Assembly (NCBI RefSeq): GCF_036321535.1
Contig: NC_087437.1
Location: 21,330,001 to 21,394,000 of the forward strand
Source of the DNA: Camelus dromedarius
Taxonomy: Eukaryota
DNA length: 64,000 bases
Reading direction: 5' to 3'
Shown here one piece after another: positions 22,537-35,835 of this stretch; within the stretch, counting starts at the first letter, position 1, and every line of letters begins with the position of its first letter. The position numbers and the translations under genes were made by a program. The notes below the pieces were generated by a model that did no database searches, was not told the origin of the DNA, and was given only the letters and a program-made list of their open reading frames with translations.

Positions 22537-25500
22537 CTAAAAAGATGCTCAAGAAAATTGTTCAGCTACTGGCTTTTAAAAGATACATGAACACTGTCTG
22601 ATGCAACAAAGACACTTAAAAAGGAACCAAAAGTACAGGTCTTAAAAGACCAAGGGGTCTTTTTATGTAGAGTCTTGCTTTCTTATTAAAGACTGTTTCA
22701 GAAATAGGCTTAAAGTGGTGAAACAATACAATGTCGGACTCCACACTAACATTTTTCTGAAAATCACTTGAATTTTAACTGGCTAAAAAAAATAAGATGG
22801 AACTTACTCATGAAACCTGCATATTTCGAATTGTACATTTGCTGGCTCCAAAGCAGTCACAAAGCAGGAGACCTCAGTGCATCTTGAAAGCGGAGCAAAA
22901 GCACCATGAGTTTCAGAAAAAAAAAATAGGAGGAGAAACTCTTGAAAAACTGGTCAGGCTTTTCAACCTGTAATAACTGTCCAGCTCTTCTGAGAGGGGA
23001 AAAAAAGCCCTGGTTCTGCCCCGTGAGATAGGAGGCTATGCTTCAATGCCAAAATGAATGACAGGCCCATTTCTGATATCAACAAAGAGCAGCTTAGCGG
23101 TGCTCGATTTTTTTTTTTTTTTTTCACTTTCCCTCACAGTTAGAAGTTCTAAGTTTTTCAGGTTAGTACCTTTATATCTAGGGTTAAGTACCTTTCTGCA
23201 TTTTCTCATGAGAAAACACAATTATGTTGTCCTAGTTTTTTAAATGATTAATTAAAAATACATACCTAATTATCTTAGTCAGTTTTTCCTAGGCAGGAAG
23301 CGGAACAAAAGATGACCTCTTAAATTCCTTCCCAAATCTAACCTTTGCAGTATCAAATTACCATATGACTAATTATTAATGTTAATAAGCTACTCCTGTG
23401 TCCTGATATGTGGGCACAAAGAGAAATAAGAAGTAGGCAACAGACACAAAAATAAGGTAAATGAGATTGTAAAATTTTCAACTGGCTAGGTGTAGAAATC
23501 ATTTACTAAAGTACAACTCTGGTTATACAAACTGACAACAATAAACATGTCAATCGACGACATATGAGCCGAGCACTATTTTGGGCTCTGGGGACACAGC
23601 AGTGAGCACAGGAGACAAAAGCCAAATGAAAATCCCTGTCTTCAGGGGGTTTATTAGCTTATGTCTCAGTTCCCTGCAAGTACAATTCTGCTGGATGATT
23701 AAGGAACCTTTCCTTCTTTGAGTAGGTATCACCTAATCTGAAATATTCCTCTCTGAAAGTGTGTCTTGATGACAACTCCAGCAGGGCAAGGATCTGCTGC
23801 TTTGTTTGCTGTTGTATCCCCCGCATCTGAAACAGTGCCTGTTAGACACTCAAATAAATATATACTGAATGAAACATCAAACAGAGCTTTTCCTTAGTCA
23901 AACTTTTCTTTGTAAACAGACTATGCACCACATATTACACGTATATACACACAGATATCAGAAATGATACAGCACAGGGTATAAATTAAATTAGGCTGCA
24001 AATACATATTAGCTTAAAACTGAAAATACAATCTATATGGCCCTGTATCTTTTATTCTAAAATCTGTTTTCAATATCAGATATGAAGTCACTAAAATACC
24101 TGAGTAAAAGGATCAGTTAACCTCCCCAGAGCAGGAAATCGAAGGTCACAGGAGGTTCTCACTGAGCCCGGCCCTGGGCCATCACTCAGTACCTCGCTGG
24201 TGCCGGCAGGGGTGGTGGGAGCCCAGGCGATGCCCCTGCCTCCTTTCCTGAATGCCCTCTCTATGCAGGGTCAGACCGCAGATTCTGTGACCAAACAAAT
24301 AACTTATATTTTGGGGAAAAAAAAAAAGAATCAGTTAAAATTCTATACACTAAGGTTTTGTGGACTATCAGACTTCAGAGGAGTTTTGAATAAAAAAAGA
24401 AACTTGAAAACTACATAGCATCCAATCATTTTTGTGTAGTAAAATCTAATATGCTTACATCTATTCACATACCCACATTTGGAGGTAATTTTGTCTCCTC
24501 ATGCTGCTTCCCATCATTCTTGATTGCCTTACTGGAACCCACACGGAGAGAGTAAGCACACCCCTCTAACCTCTCAGACCAGCCAGAAGCACTTGTCCCA
24601 TGTCACCCAAGGCCAGGATGTGCAGGGGCTAGATACGGTCACACCTACTCTGTGAGTCTTACAACAAAAGGCAATTAAACTTTCCCGTACTGAGGTGCAC
24701 TCGCCCCTACTTCTAAACAGCACAGCATCCCATGCCCCTACTCCTGGAGTTGGATGTTGATTTACTAATTCAAATATTCTACCTGGAATAGTCACACCTT
24801 CAATAAATGAACAGCAACCCAAGGTCAGGAAGACATGGCGATGGCAACGGTCAACTAATGGATAAAATATCAGCGGGGTCAAAGCAGGATTCCACGGTTC
24901 CTGCAGCAGCAGCGTTTCTTCCCCCTAACCATCATTCATCTTTCCTTTAACAAACACTTCCTGAGCACCTCTTACGTATCCAGCACCTGAGCGAGGCAGC
25001 AAACTGACCCACTCCCTCCTGTCTACTCCAGAGACCTGACCTGGAGCCTCCCTCTAGTCTTCCACATTTCTTCTCCGTTTGCCTTCCTTGCCAGTGACGC
25101 TTTTCCAGCCCCGAACTCATTCTCATTCTCACTGCCCTTCAATCTACTCCCAAGCCGCTCTTGGGAGGCAGCTTAATCACTACCTTCTAAATGCCTTCGT
25201 AAGTGTATGCCAGACTGTGAGGAAATTAGTGAGTCTTCCCACTGGCATAATAAAATACATCTTATGTAGGTTCTCTCAGACAATTTCTCCTTAATCTTAG
25301 ACAGAAAATCCACCTAAGCATCATATTATTTACAGCTACTGATTATCTAGAAAACACCAAAGGGGGCTTGTTTATAAGCTCATTTGCACTAGGGTTTGCT
25401 ATGTTTATTGGCAACCTGACCAAAGATTAACCACCTTTCACAGATACACTGATGATTTTATAGGCAGAAGTGACACTATGATAGCAAAGTCACAGTTTTT

Positions 25501-26185
25501 ACATGCCCCACGCCTGCATAACTACCTGCCAGATCCATATTATGAGGGATACAATACACTTACTCACATTTGCAAGTAAAATGTCTAATCTCCCTGATGA
25601 GGTCTATGCCTAAAGCAAAGGGTACTGCTACCACCCGCATGGGTAAGTGTTGGTTTCTTCAGACTATCACACTGTAAGTGATTTCCCCTTCACTCCTCCT
25701 TCTCCTCCTCCTACCTTTTAAATTTGGACATTGTTCAAGGTTCTCTCCTTGATGCTCCTTTCCCCCGAGATTTCTCTTCCCTCTTCGGAGGACATTACCC
25801 ATCTCTATGGCTCATCGCCTCTGTGGAAATAACTACAAAAATTTACACTTCTAGTCTTAGCCTTCTCTATTCTGCTCCGCTCTGAACTCTTATTCACAAT
25901 CGTCTATTGGATGTCTATGTCTACACTCCCACAGTGCCAATGCAACTTGTGTAGTAGTGAACTCCAAGTCTGCAGCCTCAGACCAGCTCATCCTCCTATG
26001 TTCCCCATCCATGTTAAAGGCATCATTATCCAGAATAGAAAGTAACTTTCTATTCTTGCCTCTTCCTCACCATCTGATGCTCACATTGTTTCTACTTTTT
26101 TTTTCCTAAAATACTCATCATTTCCCTGATTTAAAATCAAAAGAATTAAGAAGTATAACTTCTGATGAACTCTTGGTGTCTAGAG

Positions 26186-26373
26186 CTACACTATCTACAG
26201 GGGTAGCCTTAGCCACATGTGGCTGTCTAAATTTAAATTGATTAAAGTTAAATAAAATTAAAAATTCAATTTCCCAGTAGCACTAGACAAATGTTAAGTC
26301 CTCAACATGTGGCCAACAACTTGCAGATACAGAACATTTCCATCATTACAGAAAGTTCTATTAAACATCTCTG
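26186..26373. mobile_element. MER3-like hAT-Charlie MITE
   Basis: agccacatgtggctgtctaaatttaaatt...catcattacagaaagttctatt. 8-bp TSD GTCTAGAG (26178-26185) / GTCTAGAC (26374-26381), the NTCTAGAN Charlie target. Confidence 0.8.
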
Positions 26374-26714
26374 GTCTAGACAATAACAGCAAACTACTTA
26401 AGACTGCAGCCTCAATGCTTCTCAGTCTGGCCCCAGTCTACCACCTTTATAACTTTATCTTCTACCAAAATCCCTATGCATGCTTTAGTCACAACTGAAT
26501 TAGTAGAGCCCAAAGAATCAAGCTGAAGACTTTACAAGATGAGGGAGGCATTTGCCAGGCCCTCGGAGAAGGCTCTACGGAAAGGGAAGGAACCAAAGAC
26601 GTGAGAGAGGACAGAAACAGTTCATTAAAGCCCTCACGAGTCAGGAAGGGATGGAAATGGAGAAAGCATGAGCACTGGAGTCAAATTCGACATGTTAGTT
26701 TAGTCATAAGGTAA

Positions 26715-27120
26715 AGTAATTCAACTCAAACTAGTTTGACTTGAAAAGAAATTGGTTGGTTCCACTGGCTCACAGAAGGCAAAGAAGGGTCAGAGAACCA
26801 AACTAGGGGAGTCAGGGATGCAGTCAGGTCTCGTAACTCTACGGTTGCTAGGACTGTGTCTGTCTGTCTCTCTCCCTTTCTTTTGTCTCTGATTTTTCTC
26901 TCCTGTCAGCATCATTCTCTTTCACTATAGATCAGCATTCTTTAAATGGTGGGAAACATGGCCATTGATGTGTCACTGGTTTTATTCTTACAGATTCCAT
27001 TAACCCTCTCTCATCCTGCGCCTTAAAATACCAGGAAGACATTCGTTGGCTGAATGTGAGTCAGGCGCTCTTCCTGGCCAATGAAATGTTGTCAAAGCAA
27101 TGATGTGTTGGGACAATCAA
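26715..27120 (-). mobile_element. Old MaLR LTR (MLT1J/K-like) remnant
   Basis: caactcaaactagtttgac...ggaaacatggcc...gttggctgaatgtgagtcaggc pattern. Confidence 0.4.
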
Positions 27121-28063
27121 CTGTCCAGAAGGACATAATCACATAAAATGTAATAGCTAGGGAGATGAGGAAGAGAATGGTAGAGGAGCTTCTAGGTACC
27201 CCTCAGATGCCACTAAAATCTCTAGCCAAGTGACTGAAACATAAGAGAGTAAATGATTTGCCACTAATCTAGTAAGAGGTAAAGTCAACACTTAGCTCTG
27301 GGTTTTCTGATTCCATGACTGGACTCTTCTCATTAGAATATTCCTAAATCATCAAAGGGTTGTGGGGCAGAGGTGAGGGGAGTTAGCCACTTACCTCATT
27401 AAGGCCACACTGTTCACTCTGTAACAGATTCTTCCCGAAGCAGCAAGGACTTTAGCTTTTAAACTTCCTTCTATCTTCAGAAACTTTAATTTTTCCTTCT
27501 CCACTGAGTTCATCTTACCTTTTAAAATGCAGAGATATTTCCTAACTGCTGCCAAACTAAAAACATCCTTCTTTCTGTCTCTCTTTCCCTTCCTAATTTA
27601 AGAGTGATTATCCACGGCTACTATCTCACCTTTTTCACCAACTATTAATTGTATTTCAATTTTTCAAAAATGCACCAAGTACCTCCTACATGATAACTAC
27701 TGTGCCAGGCACCGGGGATATAAAAATAAAAGACACAGTCCTTCTCCTCAGAGAAACAACCCAATCTGGCTCCTCTCCAAGTACTCAAATGAAACTGCAC
27801 TGTCTAAAGTAAACACGGAGCTCCACCTTGGTAAGTCAATGTACGCTTCTGCTCCGTAACCTTGCTCCACCTGACCTTGCTGATCTTACAGATCTCACCA
27901 TCTTAATACCATTAAAACCGTCCTCTCCTGGCTTTTGTCAAGACGATTTCTTCTCTGTTTTACTCCAACCCTTCTAGGCTGGTTCCTTTATTTTTTTTCT
28001 CATTACTTGTATTCTAAATGGCTCAACCGTGGCCCTTTGTTCTTAGTATCTTTTTGCTTTAGA

Positions 28064-28190
28064 AGGTGACTGACCACATAATTTATTATCCAAGCTGGGT
28101 TAACCATTGAGAGTGAAAGGGGTCACACTATTAATAATTATTCTGGGATAGAACTGAAGCTGTTTGGGAAAACTGGATCATATGGATTCC
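28064..28190. mobile_element. MER94-like hAT-Blackjack MITE
   Basis: tgaccacataatttattatccaag...gagagtgaaagggg...ctattaataatta. Confidence 0.6.
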
Positions 28191-31051
28191 TCCTTCAAAC
28201 CTTCCCTGGCTCCCTTCTCCAAATCTTTAAATATAGAATACAAAAACCTACTTAGAACTAATTACCTCTTATAGATTAAATGTACACCTTTTCATGCCTG
28301 ACTCCCAAATCTACCTCAAAGCCTGTTTCACTCAGTCCTCTGAGGACACGCAGACTATGTCATGTCCAGTGCAGAGTCTCCCTTGACTGTCCTCTCCGCC
28401 CAACTCCTCATTACTCCCCCAGTCAACAAGGCCCAGAAACTACTCAGCAGCCTCATTATGCAGATGAGAAAATGGAGGTTTACTGCATCAAATAACTTGT
28501 ATAAATGCTACAAAGTGGTAGAACTACGATTCTAATCCAGCTCGTAACTTCTCAAAACCCACACATTTAATGACTATGGGTATTAATGATGAATATAAAC
28601 TCAATGAGTAGAGGTAATTAAAAGGGTTACTAAAAATCTAGTATTGTTTTCTATGTCATGTATTAGTTTATTAATGCCAAACTATTCCAGATGAGAAAAA
28701 ACATAAAGAAAATCATTTCAGTCCCCTGTCTAAAAATCTTTGATGGTTCCCTCATCAAATAGATCACAGAAGGTGATTGGGTCCCAAATTGCTTTTCTAG
28801 GTTTATTTCCCGCAACTCCAGATGCATGAATTATTTACCACACCCTGAACAGCCCAGGACTTTACCGTTAAGCTCTTAATATTCTTCACTCTGTAAACTA
28901 GTATCACTCCAAAATTATAAAATGTCACCAGCTCAGTTAAAATATTCCCAATTCCCTGAAGCAGATCTGGTCCTATTTTCAGTTCCCATAACACTGTGGA
29001 CACACATTTATTATAACATTTATCATACTCCTCTGGGTGTATGCCATTTCCAATAGTATGTGAATTCCTCTACATCAGGATTCTGACTCTCCAGCCCCCC
29101 AGTTCCATCCCTGTCCGCTTCCTGCCTAGAAAACCAGATAGCACACAGTGTGTATTCAAACAATATCTATTAAACAAATAAATGAATGAACAAGTATCCT
29201 TTACTGATCAAATACCGCGAGTCACTTCCCATCTGTTGAAAGAACTCCACTGACAGCAGAAGAAATTCCAACTACTTTGACCTGATTTCCAGGCTTTTAA
29301 TTATTAGACACAGATTAATTTTTATAACTAATACCTTTCCATTACTAATTACCATCTATCAACTAGCTGTCTTCTGCTCTGTCACGATTTCCTAAACATG
29401 CCAGATATTCCTGCGGTCCTGTCCTAGAGACCCACGTAGGAAAGAGGACTCTGGGAAGACAGCGGGATAGGAAGCATCAGGGATCTGTCTCCTCAGCTGG
29501 GCAGCAACTGCACTGGTAGGATCTGTCTCATGCAACTATTTTGAAACTCTGGAGCCTGATGAAGTCTTACAACTTCCAGGGGAAGATTTGGATGGTAAAT
29601 TGCAGCTAATTTTGGTCAATTTATGGCTGGTGGCCCAGTAGTGGCCGCCCCTCCCCCAAACCCAGCCATGTGGCAGGCAGCTGTGCACGTGTTCCTGGAG
29701 CAGTTTGCACACAGCATGTGGGAGCCAGGGTGGGCGAAAAGGACCCTGTCTCCAAATATCAGACATCTGTGTTCTGACTGGGGATTCCTGCTCCTGCTCA
29801 CAGAGATGCAGACAAAGAAGCGAGCAGCCACTGTTGTGACTGCCCCCACGGTGCCAACCCTCCCCTCTGGCTGAAGTGACTTCCAGGGGATTTAAAGGAC
29901 TGGTGTCTTTCCCTCCCTCCTTTTTCTCTTTTTACCCTTTTGGGAGCCAGGCATTATAGCCTGGGACATTTAAAAACAACTGCATATATGGGGATAATTA
30001 GAAAGTGACCACACGTGCCCAGGGAAGGGCTCCGAAAAGACCTGAGAAGAACTTAAGTTTGCACCTTGGGCTAATTCTTAGCACAGAGACAACCTACAAC
30101 AATTTTTTTTTTAAATGAACAAAAACAATAACAACAGCAAACCCTTGTGGAAGAGGGAAATTCTGATTTCAAGAGTTAACACAGTATTAGATTTAAACAT
30201 TCAGTTTTCAACAACAACAACAAAAAATCACAAGACACACAAAGAAATAGGAAATTATGGCCAATTCAAAAGGAAAAAATAAATCAGCAGAAACTTTCCC
30301 TGAAAAAATCCTGGTGGCAGATATACCAGGCAGACTTTAAAACAACTGTCTTAAAGATGCTCAAAGAACTAAAGGAAGATGTGGAGAAAGTCAAGAAGAT
30401 GATATATGAACAAAATGGAAATATCAATAGAGAAAAATCCCAAAAAGAAACTGAAAAGGAATGTTGGAGTTAAGAAAGTAAAATAACTGAAATGAAGAAA
30501 GAATTGGCACACGTGAAGATAGGACAATGGAAACTATCAAGTTTGAGAATCAGAAAGAAAAAAAAAAAAAAAAAACAATGAAGAAAAGTGAAACCTAAGG
30601 GATGTGTGGGACGCCAGGAAGCACTGTGGGGCTCCCAGGAGGAGAAGATGGAAAAGGGAAGAGAGAATATTTGGAGAAATAATGGCTGAAAACTTCCCCA
30701 ATTTAATAAAAGACATGAATATAAACATCAAGAAGCTCAAGAAACCCCAAGAAAGATGAGCTCAAAGAGACTCATTATAATCAAACTTGAAAAAGACAAA
30801 GAGAGGATCGTGAAAGCATCAAGCAAAAAGTGAATCATCATATACAGATCATCCATCTTGATAAGGCATTAATATCCAGAATATATAAAGAAATCTAAAA
30901 CTCAACAACAACAAAAAGCAAACAACCTGATTAAAAAATGGGCAAAAGACTTGAATAGACATTTCTCTAAATAAGATACACAAATGACTGATATGCATAT
31001 GAAAAGATGCACTGCTAACCATTAGGGAAATGCAAACCAAAATTACAATGA

Positions 31052-31347
31052 AACATAGAAAACACACTAGGGTTACCAAAGGGAAACGGGGTGAGGGAGA
31101 GGGATAAATTAAGAGTTTGGGATTAATACACACTACTGTATATATGAAATAGATAAACAACAAGGACCTACTGTATAGCACAGGGAACTATATTCAGTAT
31201 CTTATAATAACCTATAATGGAAAAGAATCTGTAAAAGAATATATATACACACACACATATATATACATATATGCATAACTGAATCACTTTGCTGTACACC
31301 TGAAACTAATACAACATTGTAAATCAACTATATTTCAATTAAAAAAA
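31052..31347 (+). mobile_element. Younger (artiodactyl-type) L1 3' end nested in the older L1
   Basis: caaggacctactgtatagcacagggaactatattcag...gtacacctgaaactaatacaacattgtaaatcaactatatttcaatt plus A tail. Confidence 0.85.
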
Positions 31348-31563
31348 CCCTTTCCTTTGTAAGTTTGGAAGTTAAAAAAATTTACAGTGAGTACAATGAG
31401 ATATTGCCTTATGCCCATTAGGATGGCTACTATCAAAAAAAAGCAGAAAACAAGTGTTGGTGAGGATGCAGAGAAACTGGGAACCCTATTGGGAATGTAA
31501 AATGGTACAGCTGCTGCTGAAATTGGGTTGTAGATTGCTCAAATAGTAAAAATAGAATTATTA

Positions 31564-31699
31564 GGGAGGAGGGTATAGCTCTAGTGATAGAGCACATGCT
31601 GAGCATATACAAAGTCCTGGGTTCAATCCCCAGTACTTCCTCTAAAAATAAATAAATAAGTAAACCTAATTACCTACCCTCTCAAAATAAAAAAATTTT
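31564..31699 (+). mobile_element. Camelid-type tRNA-derived SINE, long-tail form
   Basis: tRNA-like head plus aaacctaattacct tail. Perfect 17-bp TSD TAAAAATAGAATTATTA (31547-31563 / 31700-31716). Confidence 0.9.
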
Positions 31700-32293
31700 T
31701 AAAAATAGAATTATTATATGATTCTGCTGGGAACTGTCCACTTCTATGCATATACCCCACAGAATAAAAGCAGGGTCTTAAAGAGATACTTGTCCTCCCA
31801 TGTTCATAGCAGCATTATTCACAATCGCTAAAAAATGAAAGCAACCCATTTGTCCATTGACAGATAAATGCTAAGCAAAATGTGATATATACATCCAATG
31901 GAACAGCATTCAGTCTTAAAAAGGAAGGAAATTCTGAAATGCACATGGATGAACCATGAGAACATTATGCTGAATGAAATAAGCCAGCCACAAAAAGGCA
32001 AAGACCGTATGATTCTACCTACATGAGGTACTTAGAGTCATCAATATCACAGAGACGGAAGGTAAAATGGTGGTTAGCAGGGTCTTGGGAGAGGGAGACA
32101 ATGAGGAGTTACTGTTTAATGGGTATAGACTTCAGTTTTACAAGGCGAAAAAGAGTTACGGGGAAGTATGGTGTGATGGGTGCACAACATTATGGATATA
32201 TTCAGTACCACTGAACGGCATACTTAAAAACGGCTAAGATGGCAAATCTTATGTTGTGTGTATTTTACCACAATTTAAAAAACTCTTGTAGGA

Positions 32294-32398
32294 GTGGTGA
32301 CAGAGGGTACATGGGAAATATCTGTACCTTGTGCTCAATTGTGCTGTGTACCTAAAACTGTGCTTAAAAAAATAAAAGTAAAGTCTGTTTTTAAAAAG
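32294..32398 (+). mobile_element. L1MC-type 3' terminus
   Basis: gggtacatgggaaatatctgtacc...gctgtgtacctaaaactg...aaagtctg. Confidence 0.7.
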
Positions 32399-32660
32399 TA
32401 TACAACACTCTTGTCCAAAACGTCTTTTCCCTCTTCAAAGTCTCGCACTCCTCAGCCACCCGTAAGAGTTCACCTCCACTCTTAAGAGCTTCTCGTACCC
32501 CTTGAGTCTAACCTAACTTACTTCCTCTAAATTCCCACATAAAATACATTAACATATTAAGACCAATCTAGCTAATATAAATTAAATATGTGGTGCAAGA
32601 ATAACATTGGTACAATCTAAGATATAATAACTCTTAATTAAACTACATGATGAATTCTTT

Positions 32661-33020
32661 TTTCCCCCCATTTATTAGGACTTTGTTTTCTGGAGCAGTT
32701 TTAAGTTCACAGCAAGATTAAAGAGAAGGTGCAGAGGTTTCCTGTATCCCTCCTGCCCTGACACATGCATAGCCTCCCCCATCTGAGTGGTACAGTTGTA
32801 ACAACTGATCAACCTACACTGATGCACCATAATCACTCAAAGTCTGTAGTTCGTGCTACGGTTTGCTTTTGTGTTGTGTATTCTGTAGGTTTGGACCAAA
32901 TGTATAATGACAGGTATCCATCATCATAGTATCATACAGACTATTTTGAAAGCCCTAAAAATCCTAGGCGCTCCACCTATTCACCCGTCTCCACCCCTAC
33001 CCTCCGGGCAACCAGTGATC
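32661..33020 (-). mobile_element. L1MC1-like 3' end
   Basis: gagcagttttaagttcacagcaaga...caaatgtataatgacaggtatccatcatcatagtatcatacaga. Confidence 0.8.
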
Positions 33021-33630
33021 CTATATGATGAATTCTTAATGAGCTGTTGTCAAAGCTGTAAAATCAAGTTTGTTGGTTCAGTCTACACACATTTACAAAC
33101 TTTTTATAACATGCTAGCCATAAGAAGGGGACCTAAAAATACACTGGTGAAGGAAAAGTGTCAGGAAGTCACAGTCTACTGGAGGAAACACTATAAACAA
33201 GCAAACACACACAAAAATATCAGTTGTGTTCATTGCTACGAAAGAAGCATTAGAGTGGACCTTAGAGAGCTGGGAAGGCGTATTACATGTAGCTCTTTTA
33301 GACAAGGTAGTCCAGGAAGATTTCCCTGAGGGAAGTGAGATTTAAGCTGCAATCTGGAAGATGAGGAGGTGTCAGCAGTGATAAAAACAAGGAGAAGAAA
33401 GAGCATTTCATGCAGAACAGAACCATGAAAAGGCTCACAGAACACCCATAACTAAAAGTAAAGCTAAATAAACTGAAACTGAAGGAGACAAATAAAATAT
33501 ACATAAGGGAAAGTTTCGGGGAAAAAGTAATTTACTAATTTTGATTATTTACACAAAATAGAAAGAACCCACTTCTTACTGTCTTCTCTGGGGCTAAAGC
33601 AAAGAACACAGGGAAAGAATTAGGACCATC

Positions 33631-33981
33631 TGGAATCTAAAAAACAAAACAAACAAACACAACAAACGGAAAACAGACTCATAGATACAAGAGAACAAAC
33701 GGGTGGTGGCCAAAAAGGAGGGGTTGGGGTGGGGGGCATGAAATAGACGAAAGGGGTTAAGAGCTACAAAGCCTCTAGTTATAAAATAAATAAGCCACAG
33801 ACATGTAATATACAGCATAAGGGACGTGCTCAATGATATCATAGTAACTTTGCATGGGGACAGATGGTTGCTAGAATTATCACGGTGATCATTTCATAAT
33901 GTATGCAAGTATCAGGTCACTATGTACTACACCTGAAACTAACACACTACCGTATGTCAACTACACTTCAATTAAAAAAAG
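33631..33981 (+). mobile_element. L1 3' UTR (L1MA9/Laurasiatherian-type)
   Basis: cagactcatagatacaagagaacaaac...ctagttataaaataaataagcc...cacctgaaactaacac...cttcaattaaaaaaa. Confidence 0.85.
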
Positions 33982-35384
33982 AAAAGTCGTACTTCAGCCA
34001 CTTACTAGCCATGTGAATTGGGCACCTTATTTAACATTTTTAGGTTTCTGTTTCCTCATCTATAAAACGATACGTTGCAGCTATCAATAAATTTTTTACT
34101 CCAGGTATCTAAAAAAAAAATCAGGATTATGAATGCCACTCTGAGCAGAAGACTAAAAAGGAGCATGAAGATCATCAGACCTCAATAAATATTCTCTAAA
34201 CACTATCATGAATGTCTCATACTCCACTGTATGGATGTGTCATAGTTTATCTCCCCATAAATGGATATTTACACAATCTCCCTATTTTGCAATTATAAAC
34301 AGTTATGGAAAAGGCACTTCTACACTCAAATCTCTTATTCTTCTCTAATGACAAACTCTCAGAAGGGCTTCTACTGGGTGAAAGAACATAAATGTCTTTG
34401 AGCAGACTGACAGGTGTTACCAATTTGCTCCCCAGAGTGCTTGTGCTGCTTCACCCTCGTAACAGAAGTGGGTAAGAAGAATAAACGGAGTAAGAAGTTG
34501 ATATGAAATGAAGACACCAACTTTTCTTACCTTTCAACACAGGTCGTAAGTTTAAGAAAAAAATCTTATTAACTTGATAGAAGATGATTTTGCTTTTAAA
34601 TAGCTATTTACATGATGAACAAAATACTACACATGCACATTACAGAAATATTACAAAATATATAAATGCATATAGGAGAAAGTAAAAATCACCTATAATT
34701 CAAACACCCAGAAACAGTTGTAATTAATGTCTTACACACATATATCAAGTCCTTTTCTATGCTACATATTTACCTTTTTTCCAAAAAAAGGGGGAGTTGG
34801 GGAGGAATCATACTATACATGCTGGTGTAACGTTTTGAACTTAATAAATTGTTCAGTTTATAATATCTGTAGAATACCCCCAGACAAGAATGTCACAATA
34901 TACTCAGTTATTTATCACACTGTTTACAGTGTTGCATTCTTATCAACAATGTCGTGGTGAACACACTTTGCTAAAATCTTCCCACAGATCTTTCTTTTCG
35001 TTTTTAGGAGAAACCCACAGAAGAGAAAATGCTGAGTTAGGGGTTGCATATTTTAAAGATTTTTTTCATAGGTACTAAGCAAATTATCCTCTAAAGAGAT
35101 TGTATCCCTCCATGAATTCCCATACTCTCCTCTACCTCCCCAAAGTATTAACAAAAAAATCACTTTGCTAATGTGACTGGCAAACATGGACTTTCATCAT
35201 TTAAATCTGCATTTTGATTACTGGCTAATTAAATACACACTCATATTTTCATGAGCCATCTGCACTTCTTCTGTGAACTTCCCCTTCTGCAGCCCAGTTT
35301 TTTCCTGTAATGCCAATATTTAATTTATTTATTTGCATTACCTTTAGCTGACATAAGTTACTCTTTGGAAGCACAGCAAAAAAT

Positions 35385-35835
35385 GCAGCCCACACTCAAG
35401 GAAGGGTTGGAGGGTTTAAGCTCTACCTCCTTGAGTGGGGAGTAACTACATAAATCATTTGGAATTCTGTATGGAATAATTCTCTCTTCTCCCCAACTTA
35501 TTTATTCAGTCACTTATATACATGAGTACGTACCTGTGTATTTTTATTTTATACTTTAGGTTAAAATCCAACATTACGTTATTTACTTTGTCGCTCAAAC
35601 TGCTCCAGTTTTGGCCATTGGGATCTTTTTCAGGTTGGCTTCTGTGTTGCTTTGGCATGCGCCACCTTTTCCTTCTTTCTCAACATTTCCTTACTTTCTG
35701 GTACTAGAAAGACACTCCAGGTTGATTTAGCTATTTCCTGCCCAAACCCAGATTAGCCAGTTTTCCAAGGAGCCTTGGATCCTTTTATTGGAGAATAGTA
35801 TTAGAAACCGAGATCCGACTGGTAGGTGACATTAC
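35385..35835 (-). mobile_element. L1MD-like 3' UTR fragment
   Basis: cccacactcaagg...ctacataaatcatttggaattct...ccagttttggccattggg...ccaaggagccttgg. Confidence 0.7.

Larger units (their letters stand above)
29442..32282 (+). mobile_element. L1M/L1MB-type element with 5'UTR, ORF1 remnant and 3' end but a large internal deletion; hosts a younger L1 3' end and a SINE
   Basis: GC-richer 5'UTR-like 29442-30100 and ORF1-like 30250-30845 are followed directly by the ORF2 end/3'UTR from ~30850 to the tail ttaccacaatttaaaa. Confidence 0.7.

Noticed and set aside
27389..27522. Two strong minus-strand donor-like motifs (GAG|GTAAGT at 27389-27397, AAG|GTAAGA near 27514-27522)
   Set aside because: No convincing pyrimidine tract or acceptor at exon distance. 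Such motifs occur by chance in 57 kb of intron.
29442..29900. GC-rich stretch resembling a promoter or exon (ORFs 29536-29874)
   Set aside because: Explained as an L1 5'UTR continuous with ORF1 remnants; CpG-poor.
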